Source of the DNA: Guillardia theta CCMP2712
Lineage: Eukaryota > Protista > Cryptophyta
Assembly: GCF_000315625.1 (NCBI RefSeq)
Contig: NW_005434579.1
Location: forward strand, 1 to 61,723
DNA length: 61,723 bases
Direction: 5' to 3'
The number at the start of each line of letters is the position of its first letter. Within the stretch, counting starts at the first letter, position 1. Position numbers and translations under genes: made by a program. Under the pieces are notes generated by a model. That model was not told the origin of the DNA, did not search any database, and saw only the letters and a program-made list of their open reading frames with translations. Positions 44,120 through 57,685 of this stretch are shown here, piece by piece.

Positions 44120-44984
44120 TGCCAGGGAGCGAGTCACTTGCGCAAGCGAAAAAGGAAGACAGTTAAGGTAGTCTGCGATCATAAAGAGCTGCGAGAGCTG
44201 CATAGATGGAGGAAACGATGATGGCGAGAGCGAGGGAGATGACAGACAAGGGAAACAGGAAGCAAGGGTGACGAGGAGGGCCCATGCAGGATGCGATGAA
44301 GGACGAGAAGAAGGTCAGGAGACCCCAGTCGTCACCTTCTGCCCTGGCATGAGGACGAAGCGAAGAAATGTCGAGCACGCGGTAAATTCAGAAGACGAAC
44401 AGACGAAAAAACTGAAGAGAGGAATCAGCTGTCGCACAATCACGACGACAAGAGAGAATCTCAAGTCAAGAGGAAGGATATGGCAGCAACGTATCAGCAC
44501 TTGTGGTGTAGAGATGAAGGAGATGAATGAGAGTGGCGGGGAAACAAACAGAGACGAGAGTCTGACACTCAGGTAAAGAAACAGACAAACTCAGGCCCTG
44601 TGGGATGCAAGTGTGCTAGGCAGATCAGGAGAAATAAATACAGATAACCAGCTAGATAGCAAGAGCGACTGAGGAAGGAGCAGGAGCAGGAGCAGCAGGA
44701 GCAGGAGCAGCAGGAGCAGCAGGAGCAGCAGGAGCAGGAGAAGAGCAGGAGCAGGAGCAGGAGCAGAAGCATTGGGATGAGGGGTTTAGTTTTGCAGGTT
44801 TAGTTTGGCAGGTTTAGTTATGAGGGTTTAGATCTAGACGTGGTCAGAGTGGGATGTGGCTCCGTTGCTTTCCCGCTCCTGCTCCTCTCCCCGCTCTGTT
44901 CCTATCTAGACTAGTCCCTCCTGCTCCTGCTCCTGCTCCTGCTCCTTCTCCTTCTCCTTCTCCTGCTCCTGCTCCTGCTTTCCT

Positions 44985-45024
<40 letters not shown>

Positions 45025-45594
45025 CCCCTCCCCCTCCTCTCTTCCACCCCCTCACTGACTCCTCTCATCCTCTCCTCATCTCCTCATCTTCTTTCCTCCC
45101 CTCCTTTCCTCCCCTCCTTTCCTCCTCTCACGATAGACTCTCTCTCTGCTACCATCCTCCTCTCCTAACCTGTTCCCCTTGTTCTCTCCTCTCCTCCTTT
45201 CCTGGTTTGATCGATCGCCCTTGCTCCTACGCAGTCCTGCTTGCCTGCCTGCCTGCAGTCTCAAGAGCTCTCTGACAAACTCCCTCTCATATGTCAACAT
45301 GCTCTCTTCAGTTTTGTCCAGGCATGTTCCCCTCTCAGCCTCTTCGCTTACGAGTTTCCATTCTGAACCTCAATATGCGTTCAATTGCATTTTCGTCCTT
45401 CTCATCCTGAATTTCCTTCTCTCAGGCTTAGCATCCATGATACTTTGACATGCTTAGTAGAGCGCTCCAAAATCTTTCGCATCGTCTCCCCTGTCTTGCT
45501 ATTTCACTGAGTGTTTCCTTCCGCAGGAACTTGCTTCACCTTCCCTTGTCTCTACCCAAGAGCTTCTCCTGCCGTCGGTTCGTTGAAGGGACAC

Positions 45595-46668
45595 ATGGCG
45601 TCGGAGGCGACCTGTCTCTTCAAGGAGCATTGCAAGCTTCCAGGTGAATCCTGCGATCCCGAGGCCAACAGGGGCCTGCAGTGCAAGACCTGCGGCCAAT
45701 CCTTTCACAAGGACTGCGCGCCCAGCAACAGGCGCGACCCCTTGACCTGCGGCTGCTCCGAGGCCCAGCCAGCAGAAGCCGAGGCATCTTTTGCGATGGC
45801 GAGCCCGGTGGGAGTAGGGAGAAAAGGATCTCAGCCGAGCTCAGCCTCGAAGAAGCTTCAACCCTCCCTGAACAGCATGAAGCCGGGCTTCGGCGGTCGG
45901 ATCGCCGGCTCCTGCAACTACTCCAAGGAGGAGCTGTACTACCTCGCAGAGCTGTTCGCGCAGGTGAAGCCGTCAGGGCGCATCCAGTGGGAGCGACTGC
46001 TAGAGGTCCACACGAGATGGTGCACGGAGCATAGCGTCACTCCTCGGCCTCTGGGCTCCATCCGGTCCAAGATCCGGCAGATCGCCTCGAGGAGGTACGC
46101 GGACGAGCATGAGGACGCGCCGTCCTACGTCGACATGGTGAAGCGAACGTGCAGAGAGATCAAGGCGTTTAAGGTGGCCAACGCTGACAAGGCCGGAGGG
46201 AAGGAGAGAAAGTCTGGGAACCCCACGGGAGAGGAGAACGAGACCGACATGGATACGGATGCGAGCGCGAGCGCTGACGCGGAAGTTGCGATTCCTCCTG
46301 CTCCGCCCAACGATGTGCCAGCAGCGGAGGGAGAGGCTGCCCCATCAGGGTCGGGGAACATGGTGCATGCAAGCGCTAGGGCCGAAGGAGCCGGGGCTGT
46401 GCCCTCGAGCAGATCGCACAGAGATTACCATGAGGGGGAAGGAGGACGAACTTCAGGTGGCAGGAATGTGACGTTGAGCAGCAAGGCTGTGGACGGACAC
46501 ACCAAGGACATGCTCCTTGTGACTCTTGGGGAGATCAAACAGCAGCTGCAGGACACCAAGGACGAGGTGAAGAGTCTGAAGGCGGACATGAAGGCTGTGC
46601 TGCGGTACCTGCAGATCAAGGAGGGCCCTCCTATGGACCCTCCGTCCTCCTTGTCCCAGAACGACTAG
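45595..46668 (+). CDS. Intronless protein with an N-terminal Cys/His (PHD-like) finger, a Myb/SANT-like (DUF6818-like) domain and a C-terminal coiled coil
   Basis: C..HC…C…CKTCGQSFHKDC…CGC; NYSKEELYYL…PSGRIQWE…RPLGSIRSKI. Confidence 0.7.
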   Translation: MASEATCLFKEHCKLPGESCDPEANRGLQCKTCGQSFHKDCAPSNRRDPLTCGCSEAQPAEAEASFAMASPVGVGRKGSQPSSASKKLQPSLNSMKPGFGGRIAGSCNYSKEELYYLAELFAQVKPSGRIQWERLLEVHTRWCTEHSVTPRPLGSIRSKIRQIASRRYADEHEDAPSYVDMVKRTCREIKAFKVANADKAGGKERKSGNPTGEENETDMDTDASASADAEVAIPPAPPNDVPAAEGEAAPSGSGNMVHASARAEGAGAVPSSRSHRDYHEGEGGRTSGGRNVTLSSKAVDGHTKDMLLVTLGEIKQQLQDTKDEVKSLKADMKAVLRYLQIKEGPPMDPPSSLSQND

Positions 46669-46784
46669 AAACTTGAGACTCACTTGAGTCCCCATGTCCA
46701 GATCAGCAAGTTCAGAACTTTAAGCAAGAAAGTTTGAAAGATTGAATAACCCACAGTAAATAGAATGCACTAACCTTGCTGCCT

Positions 46785-47190
46785 AGAGCGACTCCAGAGG
46801 AGGAGCAGGAGCTGGCGACTCTAGCCTAGTAGAGGAGGAGCTGGACTCGGGAGCTAGGAGCAGGAGCTACTAGAGGAGGAGCTGGAGCTGACGACTCTAG
46901 CCTAGCCTAGTAGAGCAGGACTCCCGGAGCACTGGAGCCTGGAGGAGACAGGAGGAGCCTCGGAGGCTACTGGAGGAGGAGCCTTGGAGCTACTAGATGA
47001 GGAGCTTCGGAGCTACTAGAGGAGGAGTCTCGGAGTTACTAGAGGGGAGGAGCAGGAGCTACTGCTACTAGGCGGCTAGAGGAGGAGCAGGAGCCGCAGT
47101 AGTAGTAGTAGTAGTAGTAGAGGAGCAGCACGAGCTACTAGATGCTCGGAGGAGCCTCGGAGTTACTAGAGGAGGAGGAGCAGGAGCTAC
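46785..47190. repeat. Degenerate minisatellite (GAGCTACTAGAGGAGGAG-like)
   Basis: Recurring CTACTAGAGGAGGAG motifs. Confidence 0.7.
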
Positions 47191-47223
47191 CAAACTAGCC
47201 TGGTGAGTGTGAATCGTAACGGA

Positions 47224-48860
47224 ATGGTAACGGATATGTCTACTTGGGTCGCAATGGTGCCTTTGGTTCTGCTGCTCCTAGCGGCGACGAGTCCGGTCAC
47301 GATAGGAGGGGGGGGAGCAGGGGGAGCAGGGGGAGGAGAGATGTTAAGCTTGACGATGATGCCATCGAAGGTAGCGAAGACAGTCGCAGCAGCAGTGTTG
47401 AGCTCGGAGGGAGGAAGAATCGGTGTGTCAGGCTGCATCGGAGGGAGAGAGGGAAGTTTGAGGCTACGAGGAGGAACGATGGAGATGAGCGAGGAGAGCG
47501 AGGAGTACCAGCCTGAAGGAGAGATGGAGAGGTTTGAGTTCAGTACAGACCCACAGGTGTCAGAGGGGGAGGAGGGGGAGGCGGGGAGGCAACAAAAGAG
47601 GAACAGCTTGGCGACGCAGCGAGAGCGGGGGAGCTCGAGAGGGTTCAGATGCTGATAGAACGAGATCATGTCGATGTGAACGAGGCCGACATGGCTGGCT
47701 GCACTGCCCTCCACTTCGCTGCAGCCAACGGACACGAGCATGTGGTGCGGTACCTGCTCGGCCGGCGCGCGGAGCTCAAGAAGAACAATCGAGGTAACAC
47801 CCCCCTGCATTGGGCCGTGCAGAACTCGCAGGAGAAGGTGGTAGAGCTCCTGCTCGCTCATGAGCAGTCGGACGTGCTGGACAGGAACGACTGCAACATC
47901 AGCGCGCTGACTTACGCATGCGAGGCAAACGACGAGAACATCACAGCACTGCTCCTCTCGCACCAGAGCGCTGGCCCGCTGGAGGAAGGAGCGCAGATGG
48001 AGGTCTGCGAGTCCGTCTCTGAGGATCTCTTGTCGCCCGAGGACGCGGCGATCGTGGAGGAGACGACTCTGGAGCTGAGGCTCAGCGACCCGTCCGCCTC
48101 CTCCCTCAAGTGTAGGCTGCTGGGGCTCTCCTGGAGGGGAGAAGCATTTTCAGGGACGGATGCAGCGCGGGATAGCACGGGGGTGTACCTGTGGGCAGCC
48201 TCGGTGATCACTGCGAGGTGGATCTGTGAGATGAAGGAGGAGCTCAGGGGAAAGAGTTTCTGTGAGATCGGAGCGGGATGCGGCCTTCCGTCCCTTGCTG
48301 CCATGGCTTTCACAGACGCCCAGGTCGTGCTGGCGACCGACTCCTTCAAGCACTCGCTCGAGAACCTGAGGATCAACATGCAGCTCAACGAGGGTCCGGC
48401 GACGTCTGGCAGGATGCAGATCGAGAAGCTGGACTGGACGGATGAGTCCAGCTGGCCGTCAGCCGAGAGTTTCGACATCCTCGTGGGGTCTGACATCCTC
48501 TACGACCACGAGCAGGTCCGCTGAGCCGCAAACTCCTCACTCCAGCTGACCGTACTTGTCAGGTTGACTCCATATGTCGGGTTGCGAACCATCTCCTCCG
48601 GAGGGCCGGAGGCAAGTTCCTCTACGCAGCCCCTCCACATCGAGACGGCTCAACGCTCCTCATCTCATCTATGGAGGTACCTGCTGCCTGCCAGCTGGCC
48701 CGCTGCTGAGGCTGTTTGACAGACTCTGGGGTTCAAGCACGAAGTCCGAGAGGCGCCGGAGAGGTTCTACGAGAATCCGCTGCCGTCAGAGCAGCAGCTG
48801 GAGATGTATCTGTCGGATTTGGCTGGTCGAGATTGCTTGCTCCACACCTTCAGCAGATGA
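47224..48860 (+). CDS. Ankyrin-repeat plus class I SAM-dependent (Methyltransf_16/METTL21-like) methyltransferase
   Basis: GCTALHFAAANGH, GNTPLHWAVQN; TGVYLWAAS, EIGAGCGLPSL, ATD, LDW, GSDILYD. Confidence 0.85.
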
Positions 48861-49070
48861 TGCAGGCCAGCTGGGGCGTACCATCGAGGGAACATTTGTT
48901 CCGTCGAGAGAACATCGATAGTTTCCGTACTCGGTCCTGACATCTCTATTGGGGTCCCTTCACTTTGATGCCCCCGTGAAGGAGGACGAGAACGTGAGCA
49001 TTCAGACTTTAACGATAGATAGGGTAAATGTTGCAGGGCTGTTCTACCTTGTGCTATCCCACGAATGTAC

Positions 49071-50540
49071 TTATTGTCCACCGCCCCTTCCTCGCCTGAT
49101 CCCCCCTCCTCGCCCCATCCCTCCTCCGCGTCCTCCTCCGCGTCCTCGGGGCCCAGTCCATCTGCGAATTCCCGCACTTGTGGCACCGAAAGTCTCCATG
49201 TCGAGTCGGTTGGACTCAGCTCTGTTGTATGGCGACTCCTTCGTCGAGCCCTGCAGCCCGCCTCAGGCCCTCTTCCGCATCGGCACAGGTCAGCTCACCT
49301 CACAAGATATGGAGTCAAAGAAACTCTTGGCCTTGTCGTAACCCTTAACAATAGATTGCTCCTGATCGTGCACCTCTTCCTGCTCAGGTCGTCACAACCA
49401 GCTGCCTCAACACTACATCACTCGCCTTCACTGCAAGCTTATCAAAGGCAGCAGTTGTTGAGACAAAGTCGAAGTCATCCTCCATCTGCAGGCACATATG
49501 AGCATGCCACCGCAACCCACGTGATCGCACACCTTCTTTATCTCGCCAACCGTGAATTGACCCGAAGCAATCATGCCCCTGCCTCTTCCTCCTCTTCCCC
49601 CCCTCAGTGCGCCGCCGCGTGCGGGAGCATGGGCGTGGGCCTGGGGAGGTGGGGCACGCCCCGTGTTGATGTTCTTCGGTCCCCCTTGGTTGCCCTGGGA
49701 TTGGCTTGCAATGGACGGAGGCTGCGCCCAGGCGTTGGGTCGCGGTTGAGGTGCCTTCTGCCCTTGCCCTTGTTCACCCGGAACTCCTGGCTTCGGCTGG
49801 GCCTGAGGCTGAGAAATCTGAGCTGGTGCTTGGGCCTGAGCTTGAGCCTGGGGCTGGGCTGGTTGAGGAGCAGCCTGAGGTGCGGAAGGCATCGTCTGGT
49901 TCGGCCTAGGCACATTGCCATCGTTAGGCCTCTGCTGGAACTGCATGGGAGCAACTGAAACATGGAGAGTCAGGACAAACAGACAGATGGAGGGATATAC
50001 CAGCAGCAGGCATCCCTGGTGCAGGAGCATTCGGCTTGGGCATTCCTTGATTGTACATGGGTTGCATCGGCTGAGAGAACTGCTGCGGGGCATACGGGTT
50101 GTACTGTGCCGGCTCTGGCGGGCGCATGGGCTCCGCAGGAGGCATTGCTTGGGGAGCATTTTGATCGAGAACATGCAGGTCCTTGATATCCGAGCCTCTG
50201 TAGAAGACACATCAGCCAACCTCATCGAGATCACAAGATCCTTAGCCACACACCTGAAGATGATGTATTCATACACCTCAGCCGATGGCTGGATCTGGGG
50301 GCCGTCCTTTCGGCGGCCTTCAGTTCCGAACGAGCGAACTGGGGAGGAAAATCAGGGACAAGCATATTGTGAAGAGGCCCAGCCGATCGCCGCGCATTCA
50401 TCAGGCAATTTAAAGAAGGACATACCGTGCTGCAAGGCTACGGTAGCTTCGGTCGGGTTGATTGTATACAGAGTTCCTTCATAGCGGATCTCTGACTTGG
50501 AAATCAAGCTGATGCGCGAACCTATGTACGGTTGTGCCAT
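49071..50540 (-). CDS. LSM14: LSM14/Scd6/RAP55 family mRNP protein
   Basis: [25 protein letters not shown]…VRSFGTEGR…YEYIIFR; FDF, SFFDSIS and DMETFG boxes; RGG tail. Confidence 0.93.
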
Positions 50541-52182
50541 CTATGAAGCTGTCAGTACCATTGAAACCGGAGAACATCATGTCAAACAAGGATTATGTCA
50601 ACTCAGAGAAGGCATGTATCTGCCTCTATAATGTGAAAGCTCACAACAATGCTACTCTCTCGCTCGCTCACTCTCCTTCTCTCTCTGAACAAGGCTTCTT
50701 CACCTCAGATTCCGTTCTCCGAGTTCAAGGCCGTGCTCACTCAGTCTCATCTATTGTAGTCTACGTCGGAATTTATTGCCCTCAACGTTTTCAAGGATCT
50801 CAATCCGTCTCCTTCATTGCTGCAACAACTAACTCAGCTCACTCGATACCCTATTTTCATGTCCGTCTTCAGTGACTGTCCTTCCTACAGCCTAACACTG
50901 CCTATACCTTGTCAACGGTTACAAAAAATGCGCGAGTTCAAAGTTTATCAACACTTTCAAGACAAAGTCCATTCCACGCGGCTTCCATGCCTCGTTCAAC
51001 ATGTTTTAGTAGAGAACATTTTCATCCCTCTACTTTGTGCTTTCTGCAGCAAACTGCTTCCAACCATCATCTCTCAAGCGTGCTTGCGTTCGCTGATACT
51101 AATTTTATCATGGGTGTCGATAAGTTTTCCTTTTCCTGTTCTTCACCACATTTGAGGATTCTCAATATCCATATTCCACAGGTTTCTGAATTCATGCTTC
51201 GGTCCCTTTGTTCCACCTATCCTGCACTGGAGCCATGTGATCTTTGCTGACTTCACTCTTTCCCTCCTGCCATGCGCTTGCCCCATTTATTTCGCCTCTG
51301 CTTCTTCATTTCTCCCCTGCTCATTCGCTTCTGTCCTCCACTCTCCTCTCCTCTGCCACCATGGGCGCGTGCTGGCGGGAAGGGGAAGGGGCGGCAGACA
51401 ACACCCCATGAAATGCTTCGAAATAAATAATGAGTAAACTTTATCGTATTCTAATACTACTGCTGGAATCTTATCTATATCTTGTAGTACTATTTTCTTA
51501 GTTAAGTGAATACCACCCACCCCATGCAGAAGCCTCTGGAACATGGAGGGTTCTTCCCGATACAACGCAATTTTGTAAAATTATTTTGAAACTACATCTT
51601 TGAGTTTCAAGTATGGGATAATATATTTTGAATATTTTTAGATGAGCGTGGTCAAACATGACCCTTGAGAAATTGTTGCTCTTCTGCCTCTGCTGTATTT
51701 CACTCAAATGTGAACCAATACGAAGCTCTTTGAGGATCTAGACTGAAAATTTGCATCTAATGTTGAAACCATGAGATGAAACTTAAATTGAAACCTTCTG
51801 CTACTGAATCCCGCAACAAGTACTGGAAAATTTCGTTTCTTTTTTGAAAATCTTTTGTTAAATTTGAAAATTAAATCTTAAATTTCAATATCTCCCCCAG
51901 GTCGAACGACTCATACAGCACAAGAAAAATTTCGATTATCCACTTGAATCTATCTTTTTCTATTGAAATTCCTGAGGCAAAGTTCAGAGTTGATGCTGAA
52001 GATGGCAGCGGAGGCTTGTGATGGCAGAGGCGCTTGTTATTCGACCTCCTGCAGTGGCAGTTCCCGCTCCCTCCCTCCCTCCAGCTGCCTTCCCCCTTCA
52101 CTCCCCCCACCCCCCACCCCTATCCATCCTCACTTTCTCCTCCCTCCCTCCCTCCCTCCATCCATCCATCCATCCATCCATC

Positions 52183-52282
52183 NNNNNNNNNNNNNNNNNN
52201 NNNNNNNNNNNNNNNNNNNNNNNNNNNNNNNNNNNNNNNNNNNNNNNNNNNNNNNNNNNNNNNNNNNNNNNNNNNNNNNNNN
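52183..52282. other. Assembly gap (100 N)
   Basis: N run. Confidence 1.
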
Positions 52283-52736
52283 GACATTCGTCCCTCAAAC
52301 TCAAACTTCCTCGCCCTAGTTTCATCGCCTTCCTCCCCCCCCCCCTCCTATCGTATTTTCTATTTCTGCCATATCTCGGTCGCTTCCACCTTCCCTGTTT
52401 GCTCTGTCACACCTTGCCGAGGGTACATGTCTCTTGTTTGCTACCTACCAATGTCTTCTTGTCTTGTCTGCTCGCTTACTTGTCCTTCTCTTTTGATCGT
52501 TACCTTCCTCCACTCCGCCATCTAATGTCAATTTAAGATTCTTGCCATTTCATCAGACTTGAACATAGACTTCGCTGTAGCAGTGACGAGGATAATCTGG
52601 ACATACATCTTGTTGCTTTCGAATCTCTTTCCGTCTCTTACCTGCGAGATCAGATCACGCCATGAATCCGGGAGGAAATCGGCGAAACGGCCCCAACGAT
52701 CGTTCGCAGACGTCCATTCCGAGCAGGATGCAGCTG

Positions 52737-54129
52737 ATGATGGGACTAGCGGGGAGAGGACAGTCAGCAAGAGGGAGGGGGATTATCTTTCCTCCAGGGA
52801 TGCGCCCTCCTCCGATGCAAGGAGGTACCCCATCCTGCTCCTGCGCGTCTTCCTAGTGACTCGATTGGTCAAGTTCCTCCGTTTCCAGGAGACAACCCGA
52901 GCGCCATGAGGCGTCCTGGCATGATGGATGTGATCAGCGCGATGTCAACCAGGGGGGTCGACATGCCGAATCCGGTAGGAGCTCCGGCGTCTGCCTTGTC
53001 TTCCTCTCACCCTCGGGATGCAGTCTGTCGCAGCCATGATGGCAGCGAGGCAGATGAACTCGATGCTGCCGGTGAGCGCTGAGGGAGGAGAGGGAGGAGG
53101 TTGACTTGCTGATGGCGCAGCCTGGGCGCTCTTCCCCTCCTCATTGGCAGGGCAACTGGAGAGGTAGTGTGCGGTGCTCCCGTGACGACCGGCTGACATG
53201 CGAATAACAAGGGAGGGAGGGAAGAGACGGGCGAGACCTGAGGTCGGAAGGGTTCGAGAAGAGAGGTTGTGTACTAAAGTCATAGTCTCCGAGTGTCTTG
53301 ACTGAACGCTGTGAGTGCAGCGAGATGGTCCAAGGAACAAGATGCGTTGGGATACGATTCGGTGGGAAGGAAGAGGAACTCCCTAGAAGAGCAAAGAGAT
53401 AAGAAACAAGAGTCGAAGGTCGACCTGAGTTATATACTTGTTTCCATCTCAATCGTTATATTGCAGAGGCGGAGGACCGGCGAGGGCGCAGGGCAGGTGA
53501 GGAGCGAGAGTGATGCTGATTGGTTTGATAGCTGAAGCACAACAGAGTGACGAGGAGGAGGAAGGAGAGCTGCATGAAGATTACGCCGAGAAGAAAACAT
53601 CCAAGTCAGACGACAAGGCAGAAACCAAAACGGAAGAGCAAACCAAATACAGCAGTGGGGAAGAGGAAGAGGAAGAGGTGAAAATCTCGTCGCCTGCTGT
53701 TGTCCTCGCTGCTCATGCGTGTTGACAGGAGCTTGCGATCTTCCGCCATGACAGCGACGATGAAGCTGTTCCCCTCCTGCCTGTTTCACTCTTTCAACTG
53801 ACAAGGACCTGCAGGAGGTGGAGGAGGAGAGCTCGATCCCTAGCAAAGCTCCGGCTGAAGAACCGTCGTTGCAATCGCTCAAGGATGAAATCAATCGCCT
53901 GAAAGAGGAGAATCTGAGGGTCAGGCGCCTCCTCTTTAACCCCATACGCCTCCTCCTCCCCCCTCTCCATCCTATAGCTGACCCTTTGCTCTACCTCTCC
54001 CCTTTCTCCTCCCCGTCTACATCTTCTTCCCTTCTCTTCCTCCCTCACGCGTGTCCGCAGCTGAAGGAAGAGAACTCATCGCTCAAGGAGCAGAACGACA
54101 TGCTCTGGTCGCTGCACATGGATGGGTAG
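52737..54129 (+). CDS. Hypothetical multi-exon protein (Pro/Met-rich start, acidic region, short coiled coil)
   Basis: Exon-like fragments bounded by GT..AG; ends MLWSLHMDG*. Confidence 0.35.
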
Positions 54130-54599
54130 GAGATCTCGAGGTCGGCGACAGGGGGGCTGAGCGAATATTTGCAGGAATGGAGCCAACGTCGACCAGGACA
54201 AGGAGAACAAGGAGCAGGAGGGGCAGACTGCAGAGAAGGGGAAAGATGGAGAGGAGGGGCAAGAGAACGAGGGGAAGGAGGAGGAGAAAGAGGAAGAGGG
54301 CGCTTGATGTATTCATTTTGCTCAGCCTGGCCCGCATGCACTCCCATGTACTCCAAGGGCTGGCTGGTGATGCTCAGCTGGGGCGTCAGGGGGATACAGC
54401 TGCGGTGCTCGCTCGGACCAGCCAAGAACATGAAGAGTTTGCGCTGTACATAACGTCGAAGAGATCAGAGATGTCTAGCACTTGACATGTGAGGGTGGCG
54501 AGCAGGCGATAGCGCAGGCCGGGTGGTGATTGTAAGATATGATAGAATGAACCTTGATGCCGACCTTATCACTGAGGAGCAGCAGGGAGTGAGAAACTT

Positions 54600-56306
54600 G
54601 AATCTTGAGGTGGGGCTCCTCCCTACCTTCTCCTTGCTGTCTACGTCGATCGCCTCGACATCCACAACCTGCCCACCTTGTCACTCGTCAAACTGAAGGA
54701 AATGAAGAGTGCTCACGTCAACGACAGTTTGCTTCCCCGTCCTCGTGTCCTGTCAGAGGTTCATACAAGTCATACAGACGCCAGTCACTGGGAAACGCTC
54801 CACGTCCCTCCTCCTCCTCCTCTTCTCCTTCTCAGCTTCTCCTTTCTTGTTGTCCTCTCCTCTGCCTACTCTCTTCTCCTCTCGTCGTTTCAGCAACTGC
54901 TACTCCTCCCTTCCCCTATCCACCACCCCGCTCCGCCCCCCCCCCCCCCCCAACATCCCATGCCCCTCCCCTTCCTCTTCATCTCATCTCTCCTCTGTTC
55001 CTTCTCCCACACGCTCCTCATGGCCGCCCTACCGTTCGAGTGTTGTACACTGAAACCCTCGACACTTTCCCGTTCTCGACTGCAGAAACGTCAGAACGAC
55101 CTTGAGATCACCAGCTCCCTACTCACCCAGCAGCGGCGTCCCGCACGTCATACACAGAGACTGCGACTTCTTTGCCAGCATCACCTGCAGCCTCTCCGTC
55201 ACCCTCCTGCTTCCCCACCCAGCCATGTCGCACCCTGGACCCGCAGTTGGGGCACTCGCCGTCGACTACACTTGTCTTGACCCAGAGGTTCAACGCGATG
55301 ACGAGGACGACGGGAGGATGAAGACCAAGAGAAAGATGAAGTTGAAGATGTCAAAGACCCACTTGATCTGAAACATCATCGTCAACCTGCAAAGACCTGC
55401 TTTTGTTCTTCCTCCTCCCTTCCTCCTACTCTCTATCTCTCTTCCGCACAACCAATATCTCCACTAGCCTTGGCATCCTGTCCTGATCCTCTCCACCTTC
55501 CTCTCGCTCCAGGAACGGCACAGCCTTCTCACTGCCATGTGCCACATTCTCCTTGACATCTCCCTCTTGCAAGGCCACCTGTCCTGTCACGAGGAGGAGG
55601 ACGAAGACCGCAGGGAAGATCAACCCGGTTCCATTACTCAAGAATTGTTGCAGAGATCGAGTCAGCGACGCCTGGGGCTGCCGTTACTCGTACAGCAGCA
55701 GCAGCAGCGTCAGCTCACGATTTGTGCTTGAGCCTCTTGAAGGAAATCCTTCCCCCCCCCACTGTTCCTCATGAACAGCGAGAGGTTCCGAGTCCTCCTC
55801 TGCCCTGCTCACTTCGCCGTCACGCCAGCAGCAAGAGCCGATGACGCCATGGCCTCACCGTCTTCATGCCTCCCCGTGCTCCCTGAGAACAGCTTGCACG
55901 TTCTTGAACTGTGCCGCAGCGACTGCATCATCTTGGGATTGTGCACTGCGCTCATGAAAGCAAACGTTTGCATGCTCCTAACAGATCAGGAGGAAGAGTC
56001 AGCTAGGGAAGGGACTAGGGAGAGCAACGCCTACCTCACCCCCTCCGGCCACACCGCCGCCAGCCACACAACCATGAGGAATTTCCAGAGCCCGCACGAC
56101 CTTGGCTGCTTCACCGGCATCGTTGGTTGCCTTGGGATCAAACTTAGCCTACAACACAAGTCGGTGAGTAGCTCCTTGGTGTCTGCTCGTAGATCATGTG
56201 TGAAGCTGATGGGAACATCTTCTGCCTCTCTCATGCAGCCCCGTATTCTCTTCTCGCTTCGCTGCATTCTTCTCGACATTCCCGATAATACCAACACCGG
56301 CCTCAT
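54600..56306 (-). CDS. Hypothetical multi-exon protein
   Basis: Exon-like fragments including a hydrophobic segment and CPNCG; no family recognised. Confidence 0.3.
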
Positions 56307-57685
56307 TTTGCCTACACAATCAGCTCAACCATTTCTCTCTCTCCATTGTCTTTGTTCCACCGCACAAAACGTTCGCGCGCCGCCATACCAGCTATTCAAT
56401 CCCTCTTCTCCTCTTGCTCGCCTCTGCTCCTCCAATCTACACCTGTTCTCTTCACTTCTGTCCAGCGTGCACTACTTCATCTTTTCTCCTGCTCTCATTC
56501 ATCCTGTACACTATCTCATCTCATGTCCTGCCATATCCTCCCCCCTCCTCTCTCTCTCCTCTCCCCCTCTTTCACTCTTCCCTCCTCCTTGTCATGCATT
56601 CTCCTTATGACAATTACGACTCCAACCCCTCCACCCCCACCCCCAATCAATTTTCTACTACCCCATATTTATCATGAAATGACCCCATACTTATCCAAAT
56701 CCATCATACCACCCACCCCCATGATTTATGATTGACCCCCCACCCAATGAAATGGATCATCACCCTTCTGAGGACCGGTCATGTACCCCCATGTTCTAAT
56801 ATAAGATACTACCCCTACCCCCCATTTTACAGTACAAGACCTTGCACTGTCCTAGAATTGAATGTCTGTTATTATGATTATTGAGCTTCGGTACTATATC
56901 AGTCAATCTGTACCATGATAGTGTGAATAAAATACTTATAGTAATATATCTTATCAAAATAATCACATATGACTGAATAATGTTGCATATGTATACTTAA
57001 ATTTGTACTACGAAAGTTAGTTAAATTAGGTGCGGTATGAGTGACGCGAGCATGGCAGATGTGTTAGGCGGAAGGGAGGGAGGGAAGAAGCAAGGGGAGG
57101 AGAGGCGGGAGGAGAAGGAGGAGGAGGGGAGAGGGAGATAGAGAGAGGAGAAGATAGAATGATTCACTATTCATGCAGCGATAGGTTGTGTTGATTGCTC
57201 TGACAGGACAAGGTATTTCTGAGCAGTATCTACAGATATCCTGTGGTAGGTATTATATGCCTGAGAGGACGAGGCAATGACGAAGAAGTGAAGTGATGAT
57301 TGGAAAAGAACTCAATGTGGCGATAATGAGAATGAGAAGATCAAGATTCGTGAAGGCAGAAGTACGAAGAATGCTCAGAATTCGTGTTTCCGTGACCTCT
57401 CTCGGAAATAGCGGCAGGATCCATGTACAGGAGATGATGATAGACAGTGACAGAGGGCCAGATGCAGATGGTATGTGATAACGACGACAGAAATGTAGAG
57501 ATGAGGATATGTGTGCTAGCGGGAGAGATGCGCACAGCAGAGGCCATGAAACGCTGACTTGTTGGGTTCATATCAACAATTCTCGCATGAAGAGGTGTAA
57601 GGTCGATGACGTGGCAAGCAGGTGAAGTGGCAGGAGAGGAGCAAGGAGCTGTGCAGGACAGCACCTTGCGAAGTGGGGGAGCACC

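Noticed and set aside
44781-44831. Degenerate GGTTTAG motifs as an interstitial telomere or element junction
   Set aside because: Spacing is 13-14 bp rather than heptameric, and no element sequence is adjacent.
47098-47120. (AGT)n run as another retroelement tail
   Set aside because: It is embedded in a minisatellite, with no adjacent AATAAA or telomere repeat.
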